Source: an uncultured Chloroflexia bacterium
GTDB taxonomy: Bacteria > Chloroflexota > Anaerolineae > Anaerolineales > RBG-16-64-43
Direction: 5' to 3'
Assembly: GCA_963712475.1 (NCBI GenBank)
Contig: CAVQIA010000011.1
Coordinates: 57,321-121,320, forward strand
DNA length: 64,000 nucleotides
In this document: in pieces, positions 1 through 9,405 of the stretch
How the letters are laid out: each line of letters starts with the position of its first letter
Position numbering within the stretch: position 1 is the first letter of the stretch
Program-made: the position numbers and the translations under genes
Notes under the pieces: model-generated
Seen by the model: the letters and a program-made list of their open reading frames with translations, nothing else
Told to the model about the DNA's origin: nothing
Database searches by the model: none

Positions 1-223
1 TCTGCCATTGAGCTACCTCGCCGGGCGAGCGAGATTCTACCTTGATTGGCCTGTGCCCGTCAACTTACGTCGCGACTTGATGTCGGCCCACTCACTCGAG
101 GGCGGGCAGGCTTCTGCCGAGTCGGCGCTCGCGCCGCACAGCAAGTCGCCGCAGTCGAGCAGACCTGCGGCGACGGACACTCAATTGACCCCAAGCGTTA
201 GCTTGGAAGCGGTGGGAAATCGA

Positions 224-838
224 TCATGTCCTGAAGAGCTGCCGGTGTAGATCTTCCGCCTCCTCCACGGCGACGGCGACGCCGACATCCGGACCGTTAG
301 CCAACGTGCTCACGCCCACAAGCCTGCCGCGCGCGTCCACCAAGGGCCCGCCCGAGTGGCCCGGCCGCAGGTGCAAGTCCGCAACAATGACCGCCGGCAG
401 GCGCCGCCCGCCCTCCTCCCGGCGAGGTTCGACTGCGATCACGATGCCGGCCGTCGCAGATCCTGGCACGCCCCACGGATGCCCCAGCGCCACGACCCAG
501 TCGCCTGGGCGTAGCCTGCTCGAGAGCCCGCGTTCGATCGGCGTGACCTCTGCAAGGGGGGCTCTTACCAGTGCCAGGTCTGCTTCCTCATTGGAGCCGA
601 CGAAAGTCGCGGAGGCGGAGCTGCCTGAAAGCGAGGTCAAGGTCAACGGTCCCCGCTGGGCCACATGCGCGCTGGTGAGGACGAGCCCGCTTTCGTCCCA
701 CGCCAACCCGGCACCCTTCCCCTTGCGGCTGTGCACGTGCACGAGGCTCGCACGCACCTTTTGCGAAAGGTCGGCCAGCTCCGCGTTGAGATTCTCGAAG
801 AGCGCTTCTTCTTGATCGGCCATCTGTTGATCCGTCAT
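224..838 (-). CDS. Trypsin-like S1C (HtrA-like) serine protease, no PDZ domain
   Basis: Catalytic triad contexts LTSAHV, ADLAL, PGHSGGP; VVALGHPWG motif; no signal peptide. Confidence 0.9.
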   Translation of the reverse strand: MTDQQMADQEEALFENLNAELADLSQKVRASLVHVHSRKGKGAGLAWDESGLVLTSAHVAQRGPLTLTSLSGSSASATFVGSNEEADLALVRAPLAEVTPIERGLSSRLRPGDWVVALGHPWGVPGSATAGIVIAVEPRREEGGRRLPAVIVADLHLRPGHSGGPLVDARGRLVGVSTLANGPDVGVAVAVEEAEDLHRQLFRT

Positions 839-1725
839 CGTCGGCCCACCGTCACGCGAATGGTGCGCGTCTCTCCGCTTCGCAGCACGGAGATCGAAAC
901 CTCCTGGTCGATGCGGTCGCCGCCGAGCTCCGCCACCAAGTCATCGACGTGGCGCAGGGGATGGTCGCCCATGGCGAGCAATGTATCGCCCAGCATGAGG
1001 CCCGCGCTCTCCGCTGGGCTCTTGGATTCGACCGATACGATGAGCAGGCCAGTCGGTTGGCCAAGACGGTCGGCGACTTGCCCGGGCAAACGAACCGTTT
1101 GGGTGGTGATGCCCAGATACCCACGGCGGACCTGGCCGTGGGCCAGCAGTTCCTTGGCCACACGCTGGATCGTGGCCGCAGGGATCGTCAGGCTCGCGCC
1201 CGGGAACAGGGCGGAGGTGTTCAACCCGATGAAGCGGCCATCGGCCGACACCAGCGGCCCGCCCGAAAACCCGGGGTACATGACCACGTCGCTTTGCAGA
1301 TAGCGGTCGATAAATCCGCCCATGGACGTGCGCCAGCTCTCGCCGACGGCGCTCACGATACCTAACGTGGCGCGGATGGTGGCGCCTGGGCGCCCTAGGG
1401 CGAGCACCAAATGCCCGACCCTTGGCGCTGTGGAGTTCGCCCATGAGACGGCGGGGAGTTTGCCCTCCGTCTTCAGCAGGGCAAGGTCGGTTGCGGGGTC
1501 GCGCCCGACCAGCTTGGCGGCGATCTTCTCGCCCTTGTCGACGCCTACGAGGATCCCCTCATCCTGCTCCAACACGTGATGGGCGGTCAGAATAGCGCCG
1601 TCGCTTGAGAACGCGATGCCGCTCGCCGCAAGCCTGGCCCGGCCCTCGACCCGCAAGACCGACTTGGCCGCAGCCGCCACGGTCTCCGCGAGCGCATCCG
1701 AGAATTGTTCGAGTCGTTCCGCCAT
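835..1725 (-). CDS. S1C (HtrA/DegP-like) serine protease with C-terminal PDZ domain
   Basis: LTAHHV, TDLAL, PGFSGGP; GYLGI...SPAESAGL PDZ. ATG at 1725 preceded by GGAGGAGG. Confidence 0.9.
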   Translation of the reverse strand: MAERLEQFSDALAETVAAAAKSVLRVEGRARLAASGIAFSSDGAILTAHHVLEQDEGILVGVDKGEKIAAKLVGRDPATDLALLKTEGKLPAVSWANSTAPRVGHLVLALGRPGATIRATLGIVSAVGESWRTSMGGFIDRYLQSDVVMYPGFSGGPLVSADGRFIGLNTSALFPGASLTIPAATIQRVAKELLAHGQVRRGYLGITTQTVRLPGQVADRLGQPTGLLIVSVESKSPAESAGLMLGDTLLAMGDHPLRHVDDLVAELGGDRIDQEVSISVLRSGETRTIRVTVGRR

Positions 1726-1835
1726 GCCGTCCTCCTCCTGAATCGAAGCCCAACCTGCACCAATGCGCCCATTGTGCGTCCGCGAGGCTCGGGCGGCTAC
1801 TGCCAAACCGGTTGGGGACTGGAAGAAAGGCTAGG

Positions 1836-2461
1836 TCAGAGCCGGACGAGCCCTGCCCGAGTGGCCAGGACCAGGGCCTCGGTCCGGCTTTCGGCACCGA
1901 GCTTGGTGAGGATGGAGTTGACGTGGAACTTCACGGTGTGTTCGCTGATGCGTAAGCGCTGCGCAATGGACTTGTTCGGGAGGCCCTGTGCCAGAAGCCC
2001 GAGCACCTCATTCTCGCGCTCGGTGAGAGGGGAGGGGAATCTCCGGATGTGGGCGCGCCAGGCCGGAGGAGAGAACGCCCCAAGGTTGGACTGAGGACGA
2101 TCAACCCGGAGGCCGCGGCGGCGATCGCGCTGCCCATATCGGCGGCTGAGGCATCGCGCGCGAGTATCCCGCGTGCTCCGCTCGCCGCGTAAAGCGCGGC
2201 TTGGTGTTCTCCATCGGCGAGGGCCACGACCGGGACGTGCAGATCCCTCAAGGACTGCGTGAGCGCCACGACCGCTTCGGTCCATTGCACGGCAGCCAGC
2301 AGCACAAGTTCCGGGCGGAAGAGGTCGACCAACTCCTCAGCCTCCTCGACGATCTCGGCTTGGCCGATGATCTGCACCTGCGGCTGATCGGCAAGGAGTG
2401 CAGCCATGCCGCCCCGCGTGAGTGGATCGTCCGAGATGATGAGCACGTGAACTGGCGCCAT
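1836..2461 (-). CDS. NarL/LuxR-family response regulator (frameshift near 2035)
   Basis: Receiver-like N-terminus (VLIISDDPLTRGG) in ORF 1931..2461; LuxR HTH (LTERENEVL...NKSIAQRLRISEHTVKFHV) in ORF 1836..2285. Confidence 0.85.
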
Positions 2462-2485
2462 CCTGGTCTGGCCTACAATTCTTCA

Positions 2486-2766
2486 GTCTCGCGGATTGGG
2501 GGCTCTAGGGCCCCGCGCCCGCGAGGCATCGCTTTGCGAGAACCGCGGGCCCCTTCGAGCGTGCGGCCGGGTGAGGTGGATCCTTCGAAGAGTGACGTCG
2601 AAGTAGAACGCCCGGCAGCCCCATGCAGAAAGCGTAACACAGGCCGGCGCCCCGAGGTAGGGAGGCTTCCTTCGGTCAGGGCGGCCGGTTATAGAGGCAC
2701 TAAAGGTGGAGAGGGGCGTACTAGTCGTGAGGGTGCGGGGCGGTTCGATGCGCGGCGATCCGCATC
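2486..2766 (+). ncRNA. Candidate structured non-coding RNA of unrecognised family
   Basis: Intergenic; TACAAT (-10-like) at 2474-2479; nested stems including GAACCGC(2540)/GCGGTTC(2740). Strand and ends are inferred. Confidence 0.4.
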
Positions 2767-2907
2767 AGCGACTGCAATTCCTGCGCGATGGCGGCGCACA
2801 CGCGCGATGCAACGCGTGCCGGCATGTGGCGGGTCGGATCGGACCGCTTCAGCCGGAGGTGGGCACGCCTCTTCCCGTTTGAAGGAACAGCACGTAAGTC
2901 GCGCGAG

Positions 2908-3741
2908 CTACAAGTACCGCGACATCCACGCGTCCATATCGCGCACGACGCGTGGGAATTCAAGATCGTTGTGCGGTTCGTGATAGCCGCCGGAGTAGAG
3001 GCGCATCTCCTTTTCGGGGAATGGCACCAAGTCGTAGAAGACCTGGGCGCCGTGCTGCGAATTGATTCGATCGGCATCGCCGTGCAGGATGAGCACCGGC
3101 ACTTTCCACTCGGGCGAATGGGCCCTGACCCACTCGATGGATTTGAGCGACTTGGTGCCAAAGCGCGGCGTGGCTTTGTGATGGACGAGCGGGTCGCGTT
3201 CGTAAGCCGTGACAACCTCTTTGTTGCGCGAGAGGGCTGCAGTGTCGAGGCGCAGGTCCATGGGCATGGTCGGGATGATGTTCGAGAGGAGTTTCGCAGC
3301 GGCAACCAGCGCCGGTTTGGCCGCCCCAACCGGTTCGAATAAGATGCCGCTCAGGATGCAACCGCGCAGGCCCTCGGGATAGTGCAGGACGAAATCCTGC
3401 GCGATGAGCGATCCGAGGCTGTGGCCGAGGAGAAAGCGGGTTTGGTTCTTCTCGTGCGCCGAGACATAGCGCATGAAGCTGGCCAGGTCCTCGCGGTATT
3501 CGCGCCAGGCGCCGATGTGCCCGCGCTGCCCCGCCGATTGCCCATGGCCGCGCTGATCGAAGCCCCACACGGCATACCCGCGCGGGACAAGCCCCTGGAC
3601 GACGTTGGCGTAGCGACCGATGTGCTCGCCGAACCCATGCACGATGACCAATACCGCGCGCACGGCAGCCTCGGGCCTCCACACTTGGAAGGCGAGGTCG
3701 ATGCCGCCGAATCCTTTGATGCTGCCCGCTTCGTGGTTCAT
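2908..3741 (-). CDS. Alpha/beta hydrolase (monoacylglycerol lipase/lysophospholipase family)
   Basis: IVHGFGEH, FDQRGHG, GHSLG nucleophile elbow, HGDAD, GYHEPHND. Confidence 0.92.
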   Translation of the reverse strand: MNHEAGSIKGFGGIDLAFQVWRPEAAVRAVLVIVHGFGEHIGRYANVVQGLVPRGYAVWGFDQRGHGQSAGQRGHIGAWREYREDLASFMRYVSAHEKNQTRFLLGHSLGSLIAQDFVLHYPEGLRGCILSGILFEPVGAAKPALVAAAKLLSNIIPTMPMDLRLDTAALSRNKEVVTAYERDPLVHHKATPRFGTKSLKSIEWVRAHSPEWKVPVLILHGDADRINSQHGAQVFYDLVPFPEKEMRLYSGGYHEPHNDLEFPRVVRDMDAWMSRYL

Positions 3742-3803
3742 GTCTGCTCCCCGTAGGAATTGCGGATCGTGGTCCCCCTTGCGACGTACATGCTGCGCAG
3801 ACG

Positions 3804-4196
3804 CTACGGATCGCCCGGGTCCGGTGGCCGACCACGAACGGGCTGCCAGTTTGCCAGCCAGCCGCCGGCGCCCCCCATGATCGCCGAGAGGGGTATGGCG
3901 AGTGCGAGCCACCACGTGGGGCCGATGATGTAGCCGAAACCGACCCCGCCCACAACGCCGCCCAATGCAAAACCGTACATGACGCGCTCGCGGCCTGCGA
4001 GCGTGGCGCTGAGATAGCCGCCGGCAATGAGCGACAAGCCGGTGACGATGATGAGTGTGGCCAATCGGTAAATGCGATTCTCGCTGAGGGGCAATAACCA
4101 AGCGAGGGCCAGAAGCAACCCGAATGCCACCAGCGCCGAGAGGGCGCCGAGCACTACCGCCAGTGCCGAACGGCCGCCGCCGCGTAGAGTCTTCAT
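3804..4196 (-). CDS. Small integral membrane protein, about 4 TM segments
   Basis: 130-aa hydrophobic, Gly-rich ORF co-oriented with neighbours. Confidence 0.65.
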   Translation of the reverse strand: MKTLRGGGRSALAVVLGALSALVAFGLLLALAWLLPLSENRIYRLATLIIVTGLSLIAGGYLSATLAGRERVMYGFALGGVVGGVGFGYIIGPTWWLALAIPLSAIMGGAGGWLANWQPVRGRPPDPGDP

Positions 4197-4230
4197 CCTC
4201 TGCCTCCGCCCGAAAGGTCCCGAGAATTGA

Positions 4231-4816
4231 TCATGATGGCGTGCGAGAAGATAGGCGGGATCGGAGAGCAGATTGCGCTACTGCGAGCAGGCGTGCCAGA
4301 ATGAGGATCAGCCCCCAGTATATGACATATTCGAAGAATGCGAAAACAAGCACCGGTTCGGGAGTCACCCCGGCAAGCATCGGCACCTTTTCGAACAGGC
4401 CCGCGCCCCAAATGGCAAGCGAGTGCTCGATGAGAGACTCCACGCCACCCAAAAACAGAAAGGCCAGCGCCGGCGGTCCGGGAAGCCGGCGTGCGAGCCG
4501 CCACAGGAGAAGGGCGATGCCTGCGTAGAGAATAGCGGATAGCGGGGCGAGGGGACGTTGCCAATCGGGTGCAAAGAACGTGTGATAGGTGTCCCACATC
4601 GTGAGAACGAGCGAGGTCGCCAGAACTCCCCAGAACAGCGCCGCAGCCAGCACGACCTCCGGGCCCAGGCGGCGAAATCGGTCGCGTGGGAGAAGGCGAG
4701 CGACGAGCAACTGTGAGCGGGGCGGCGAGCGCGGCGGCGCCCTCCGCGCTGAGCCAAAAACCGGAGGAGGAAAGAGCGGTGGGCAAGGAGGAGTCGGCGA
4801 GGGTTTCATGCTCATG
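4231..4816 (-). CDS. Hypothetical integral membrane protein
   Basis: Several hydrophobic helices (AAALFWGVLA..., LAFLFLGGVESLIEH, FAFFEYVIYWG); start uncertain. Confidence 0.6.
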
Positions 4817-4845
4817 ATAGCCGCGGTTTCGCCGCTCGGCAAGCG

Positions 4846-4871
4846 AAGGGCCGCCCTGCGATGGGCGGCCC
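4846..4871 (-). terminator. Hairpin ending the sulfur/cytochrome operon
   Basis: GGGCCGCCC-TGCGAT-GGGCGGCCC perfect 9-bp stem about 30 nt after the stop at 4901; weak U-tract. Confidence 0.55.
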
Positions 4872-4900
4872 GATGTGACTTCGAGAGGAGGTCCGGCGAG

Positions 4901-6143
4901 CTATCCGCAGCCGCCGCCGCTCGGGCTGCGCTTGCGCTGCAGCTTCACCTTTGGTTCGTAGTCCAGCTGCCACTCGATCGCGTTCGGATTCGCCGCCTCG
5001 TAGCGCGAGCCCAGCGCCGCCGGGAAGAGATAGGCCAGTTGGTCGGAGCCTGCGGGCGTCGCCGCCGGGGTCACCTCGCTCTCACCTGCACCGAAGACCT
5101 TGATCCAGTTGTTGATCCCGCCCTCGAGAATATACACGTTGGAGACGCTTTCGGCTTGCAGCAGCTTCCACGCCTCGGTGGCTGCGGCCTCGTCGTTGCT
5201 CATGAGCACAGTGACCGTATTCTCGGCCGGCTGCTGGAGCAGGTCGGGGACGATTCCTCGCTAGCTGGTCGAGAGGGACGTGACGCGCACCATCCAAATG
5301 GAAGAGGTTGTAGTCGGCCTCGGAGCGCACATCCAGCATGAGCACGACCAGCTTGTCATCGGCGCGGCTCGTAAGAAGCTCACCCGGGTGGATCTGTACT
5401 TCGCGCGCGGCGAGTGCGGCTTCCTTCTGCGGGGCGACCCGCGCCCAACGCTGTGCGGCGCCCGGTTGGCCGATGACGAGCACGATCAGGGCCACCACGA
5501 TCAGCGCGCCCGCACCGGCATAGCGCAGCCGCGGTTCTCGTTTGAGGTCGCGCTTGCCGATGAGGCGTTCGAGTTGCTCGGCTCCCCAGAACATGAAGAG
5601 CGCCATGAGCACGACTAGTAGGACCACCACACCCGTGGGCAGGTGGAACACATCCATCAATGTCAGGCGGCCGAAGTAGCTCGAGTGCCAAAACGCGTCG
5701 AAGTACTGCTCGGTTTCGCCGAAGGCGAAGACGCCGAACAGCGCGCCCAGAAGAAACAGGATCCCGTCGATCTTGAAGGTGGCAGCTGAGACCACCGAAG
5801 TCCCGGGGCAGAACCCGCCGATGATGAAGCCGAAACCCATGATCACGCCACCCAGCAACCCCGGCCAGAGATACGTTTCAGGAACATAAACCAGATTGAA
5901 ATCGAGAATGCCGATGGCCGACGACAAGAAGATCAGGACCATAGCGGTGACGATGGCCCCGAACATCACCTTGAGCACGGTCAGGTCCTTGAAGTAGAAC
6001 TGGGCGGCCAGCTTCTTGGAGTTGCCGAACCCCGAGAGTTCGAGCACGTAGCCAAAGCCAAACCCGATGACTCCGAAGACCAGGTAAGTCCACGGGTTTT
6101 CACTTAGCGGCAGCAGGAAGGCTTGCAGTGGGAATATGGGCAT
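4901..6143 (-). CDS. YeeE/YedE thiosulfate-transporter-family protein fused to a rhodanese-like domain (frameshift near 5258)
   Basis: GFGNSKKL and GGFCPGTS YeeE motifs; LDVRSEADYNLFHLDGA and VYILEGGINNW rhodanese motifs; ends SGGGCG. Confidence 0.85.
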
Positions 6144-6152
6144 GGCGGCCTC

Positions 6153-6726
6153 CTAGTTCCAAACCTTGCGCAGGAAGTACGCCAGCGCATAGGCTCCGCC
6201 GAAGATGCACATCATGAGCGCCCACGAACCGGCGGAGAGGGTGGCGCCTCCAGAGAGCGCCTGCCCCGAGGTGCAGCCGCGGGCCATGCGCGCGCCGTAG
6301 GCCATGATCGTCCCCCCGGCAAACGCCAGGATCAGGCGCGTGCGGTTGCTGATGCGCGGTCCCTTGTTGATCTCAGGCTTGAGCCTGCCGTTGAAGAAGC
6401 CCGAGACCAAACCACCCAGGAGCGCCCCCGTGATGACCGGGACACTCCAGTCGTCGAGCGGGTTTCGGGCGCCACCTGCGAGCTTCAGCAGGTAGGGCGT
6501 GCGGTCGATGTGGCCGGGCGAGAGGGCGTCTTCGACAAGAGCCACGTAGCGGTTCATGCCGCCCGACGCGCCCAGGCCATTGCGCGTGAGCAGGAACGCC
6601 AGGAAGAGGACGATCCCAAGCAGTGCCCCGCCAAGGTAAGGATGGATGTAGGCCTTCTCGGGGCGCGAGAAGAACCTTCGCAACCCCGCCCGCGGTTTGA
6701 GTTCGAGCAGGCGCAATGGTCGTCAT
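6153..6726 (-). CDS. YeeE/YedE thiosulfate-transporter-family protein
   Basis: PYLGGALLG, GLGASGG, GARMARGCTSGQALSGG. Start is either TTG 6716 or ATG 6726 with an early frameshift. Confidence 0.88.
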
Positions 6727-9405
6727 GGAGTCTCCTTGTCGGCGGGATGGCTCTCGGCCGCGCCGGCTGTAGCGTGAGCTTCGACTTCTTCCCATCCATT
6801 CATCATGGCACCGATCGACGTCAGCGGCCGGTGCCCGGTCGTGGTGAGGTACACATGGCCGACGATGAACGCGGCAAAGGTCCAGGCCACCAGACTATGG
6901 AAGGGGGCGAGGAGCGGTAAGCCTCCGAACCAGGCGGCCACCTGCGGGAATTCCTGGACGCCCATCATCAACGCTCCCGAGACGATTTGCAGCGGCAGGA
7001 GCACGTTGAGAATGCCGAGGTAGGTCACCTGCTGCAATGGGTTCAGTTTTGTTTCGGGCCGCTTCTCGAAGGGGTGTGCCTGGCCGCGGAAGATGCCGCT
7101 CAGGTAGTACCTGGCCTGCACGATTGCATCGTCGAAGAACCCGTACGGGTGAGGCAGGTACTGCCGGATCCCGCCGCTGACCAGATGATAGAACAGTGAC
7201 AGCCCGGCGTTGACGACGAGCAGGATTGCGAGAACGTTGTGGATGGTGACCACATACGGGAAGCTGAACACGCCAAACACGTCCGGGCGGTGAATGATCA
7301 GGCCGGTGAAGAGCAGGATGAGGATGGCGAAGGTCTGCAGCCAGTGCCAGAAGCGCTCGTAGACCGCGTACATGTAGACGCGCTTGAGCTGCGTCGTGGG
7401 CCGGGGTGCCTTGAGCGCGACGAAGAAGCGCACGCCGCCGTGAACGGCCACGGCGCCCAGGACGCCCAGGAAGAATAGCCCGCCGGCCCAGTCCACCCAT
7501 GGCACACGATTGTGGCCGAGGACATACAAGTGCTGATCGCGCGTGGCCGGTGTGTAGGTGAGGCCCACCGCCGGCCGAGCCCAACGTGCCGGAGGTGGTG
7601 GTGTTCGAATCCTTGACGAACTCGGGCAGCACGCCGCCCGGGAGATTGGGGGCGAGCGTCACCGGTTGCGTGAGACGCGAATCGTCGCTGTGGCAGGTCT
7701 GGCACTCGCGGATAGCCCATTCGCCGCCGACCACATTGTGGTTGATGCTGTATGGTTGGATTTCGCCCTCGATGCGCGGGTTGGCCAGGCCGATCCCTTC
7801 GAGGAGCGAGGCGATGAAGGCGGTCTTGGCGGGTGTGTCCAGCCGCAGTTCTGAGTCGCTCAAGCTTCCATCACCATCGGAGTCCAGCGTCTTCACGACA
7901 TCGGGCCGGTACGTGCCGCCATCGAGATAAGCGGCCTCAAGGTCTTGCAGGCGGACGGGGCGCGGGCCGTTTGCATCGTCGTAGACCCAGTACCAGGCCG
8001 TGACCAGGTTATAGGGTGCGAGTTGATTGGCGCCATCGGTCGTTGTGCGGGAGAGGAGCACAGGGGTGAAGGCGGTCACCAGGTCTGAAAGGGAACCGCT
8101 CGTGCCTGCCACGCCGCGGCAAGTGCGGATTGCCTCGCCGCTTGGGCGCAGCACTGTCCAATCGTAAGATTGGACGGCGGGCGCGTAGAGCTCGGGTGTG
8201 TGGCAACTCTCGCAGGCAAGCTCCTGCATATGCCGGTCGGCATACGGCAGCCAGGTGTGCGAGCCGGTTGAGTCGTGACAGCCCTCGCAGCGGCGCATCG
8301 TGCCACGGAGTTCGGGCGCCAGGGTGGTCTGCGCACTCTCGCCGCGGGCCAAGTTGTGATCGGGCCGCTCGAGATACTCGCCAATCTCCAACCGCCGGGG
8401 ATCGAACTCGAGGTGCGTGGGTAATTGCTCTTTCACGGCGTAGGCCGGGTTGTTAAGCGAGTAGTGGCAGTCGGTGCACTCAACCCCGCGCTCGGCGTGG
8501 ACATCCCATGCGCGCGTGAGGCTGTCCTTGTTGGCCAGGTTCATGCCCGAAAGCGAAATGTCATCGCCAGAAATGACCTGGCCGGAGGTAGCAGTCTGCC
8601 AGTTGGTCAGATCGCAACCGGTCAGCGTGAGCGGAGTGTCGCTGGTGTGTACGAGGCCGTGGCACTGTGCACAATTCTCGTTGGTCGGATCCTGGATCGT
8701 GACCGTTGCCAGCAGACCGGCCTCGGTGAAGGCCGAGCGGTTCCAAGTGAAGCTGCCACCACTGGATACGACTATCCCAGTGCCGGCCAGAGATGCGGTG
8801 GCGGCCCCGCGAAAATCCCCAGACTGAATGGCGTTGACGCGAGCCCCGTTGTTCGGGTTGGGCAAGTGGCACAGGAAGCAATCGACCTCGAGCACTCCTG
8901 ACTTTGTCCAATCCCATTTCTCCGGGTTGGGGTTCCCCTCCGGGAGCGCGGCCCCGCTCGAGGCCAGCATGCCTGGCCCCCCGCCGACAAAGCGTGCGGC
9001 GTTTGCGCGGATCCAATCCGAGGTACCCAGGTCGAGCCGGCTGTCTCCCGTTGAGGAGAGGCTGCGGTAGGTGAGGGGGTTCCACTCGCCAAATGGGCCG
9101 TTGCTCAGATCCCACGCGCGCGCCACGTCGGACCCACCATAGGCGCTCAGCCCCATGTCGCTGTGGAAACTGTGGCTGGTGATGAACTCGGTGTCGTGAC
9201 ACTGCCCGCAGGTGCGCTGCGGCGAGACGGGCGCCCCGCTCTCGAGAACGTTCACGCCCTGTTCATCGAGGAAAGCAAACTGCGGGTGGATCGGCGAGGG
9301 TTGGGAGGCGGGCAGGGCGGTACCGTGCGCAAAAGCAATGCCCACGAGGCCGGCGCCGGCCAGCACGGCGAACGAGCTGAATGCGATCAGGCTCTTGCGT
9401 TTCAT
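6723..9405 (-). CDS. Heptaheme cytochrome c (OTR-like) fused to a C-terminal cytochrome b (HyaC/FdnI type); frameshift near 7570
   Basis: Signal peptide; 7 CxxCH (CGQCH, CFLCH, CAQCH, CTDCH, CEGCH, CESCH, CQTCH); frame 6723..7568 has YERFWHWLQ, IHNVLA, KLNPLQQVTY, PFHSLVA, GHVYL. Confidence 0.8.
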
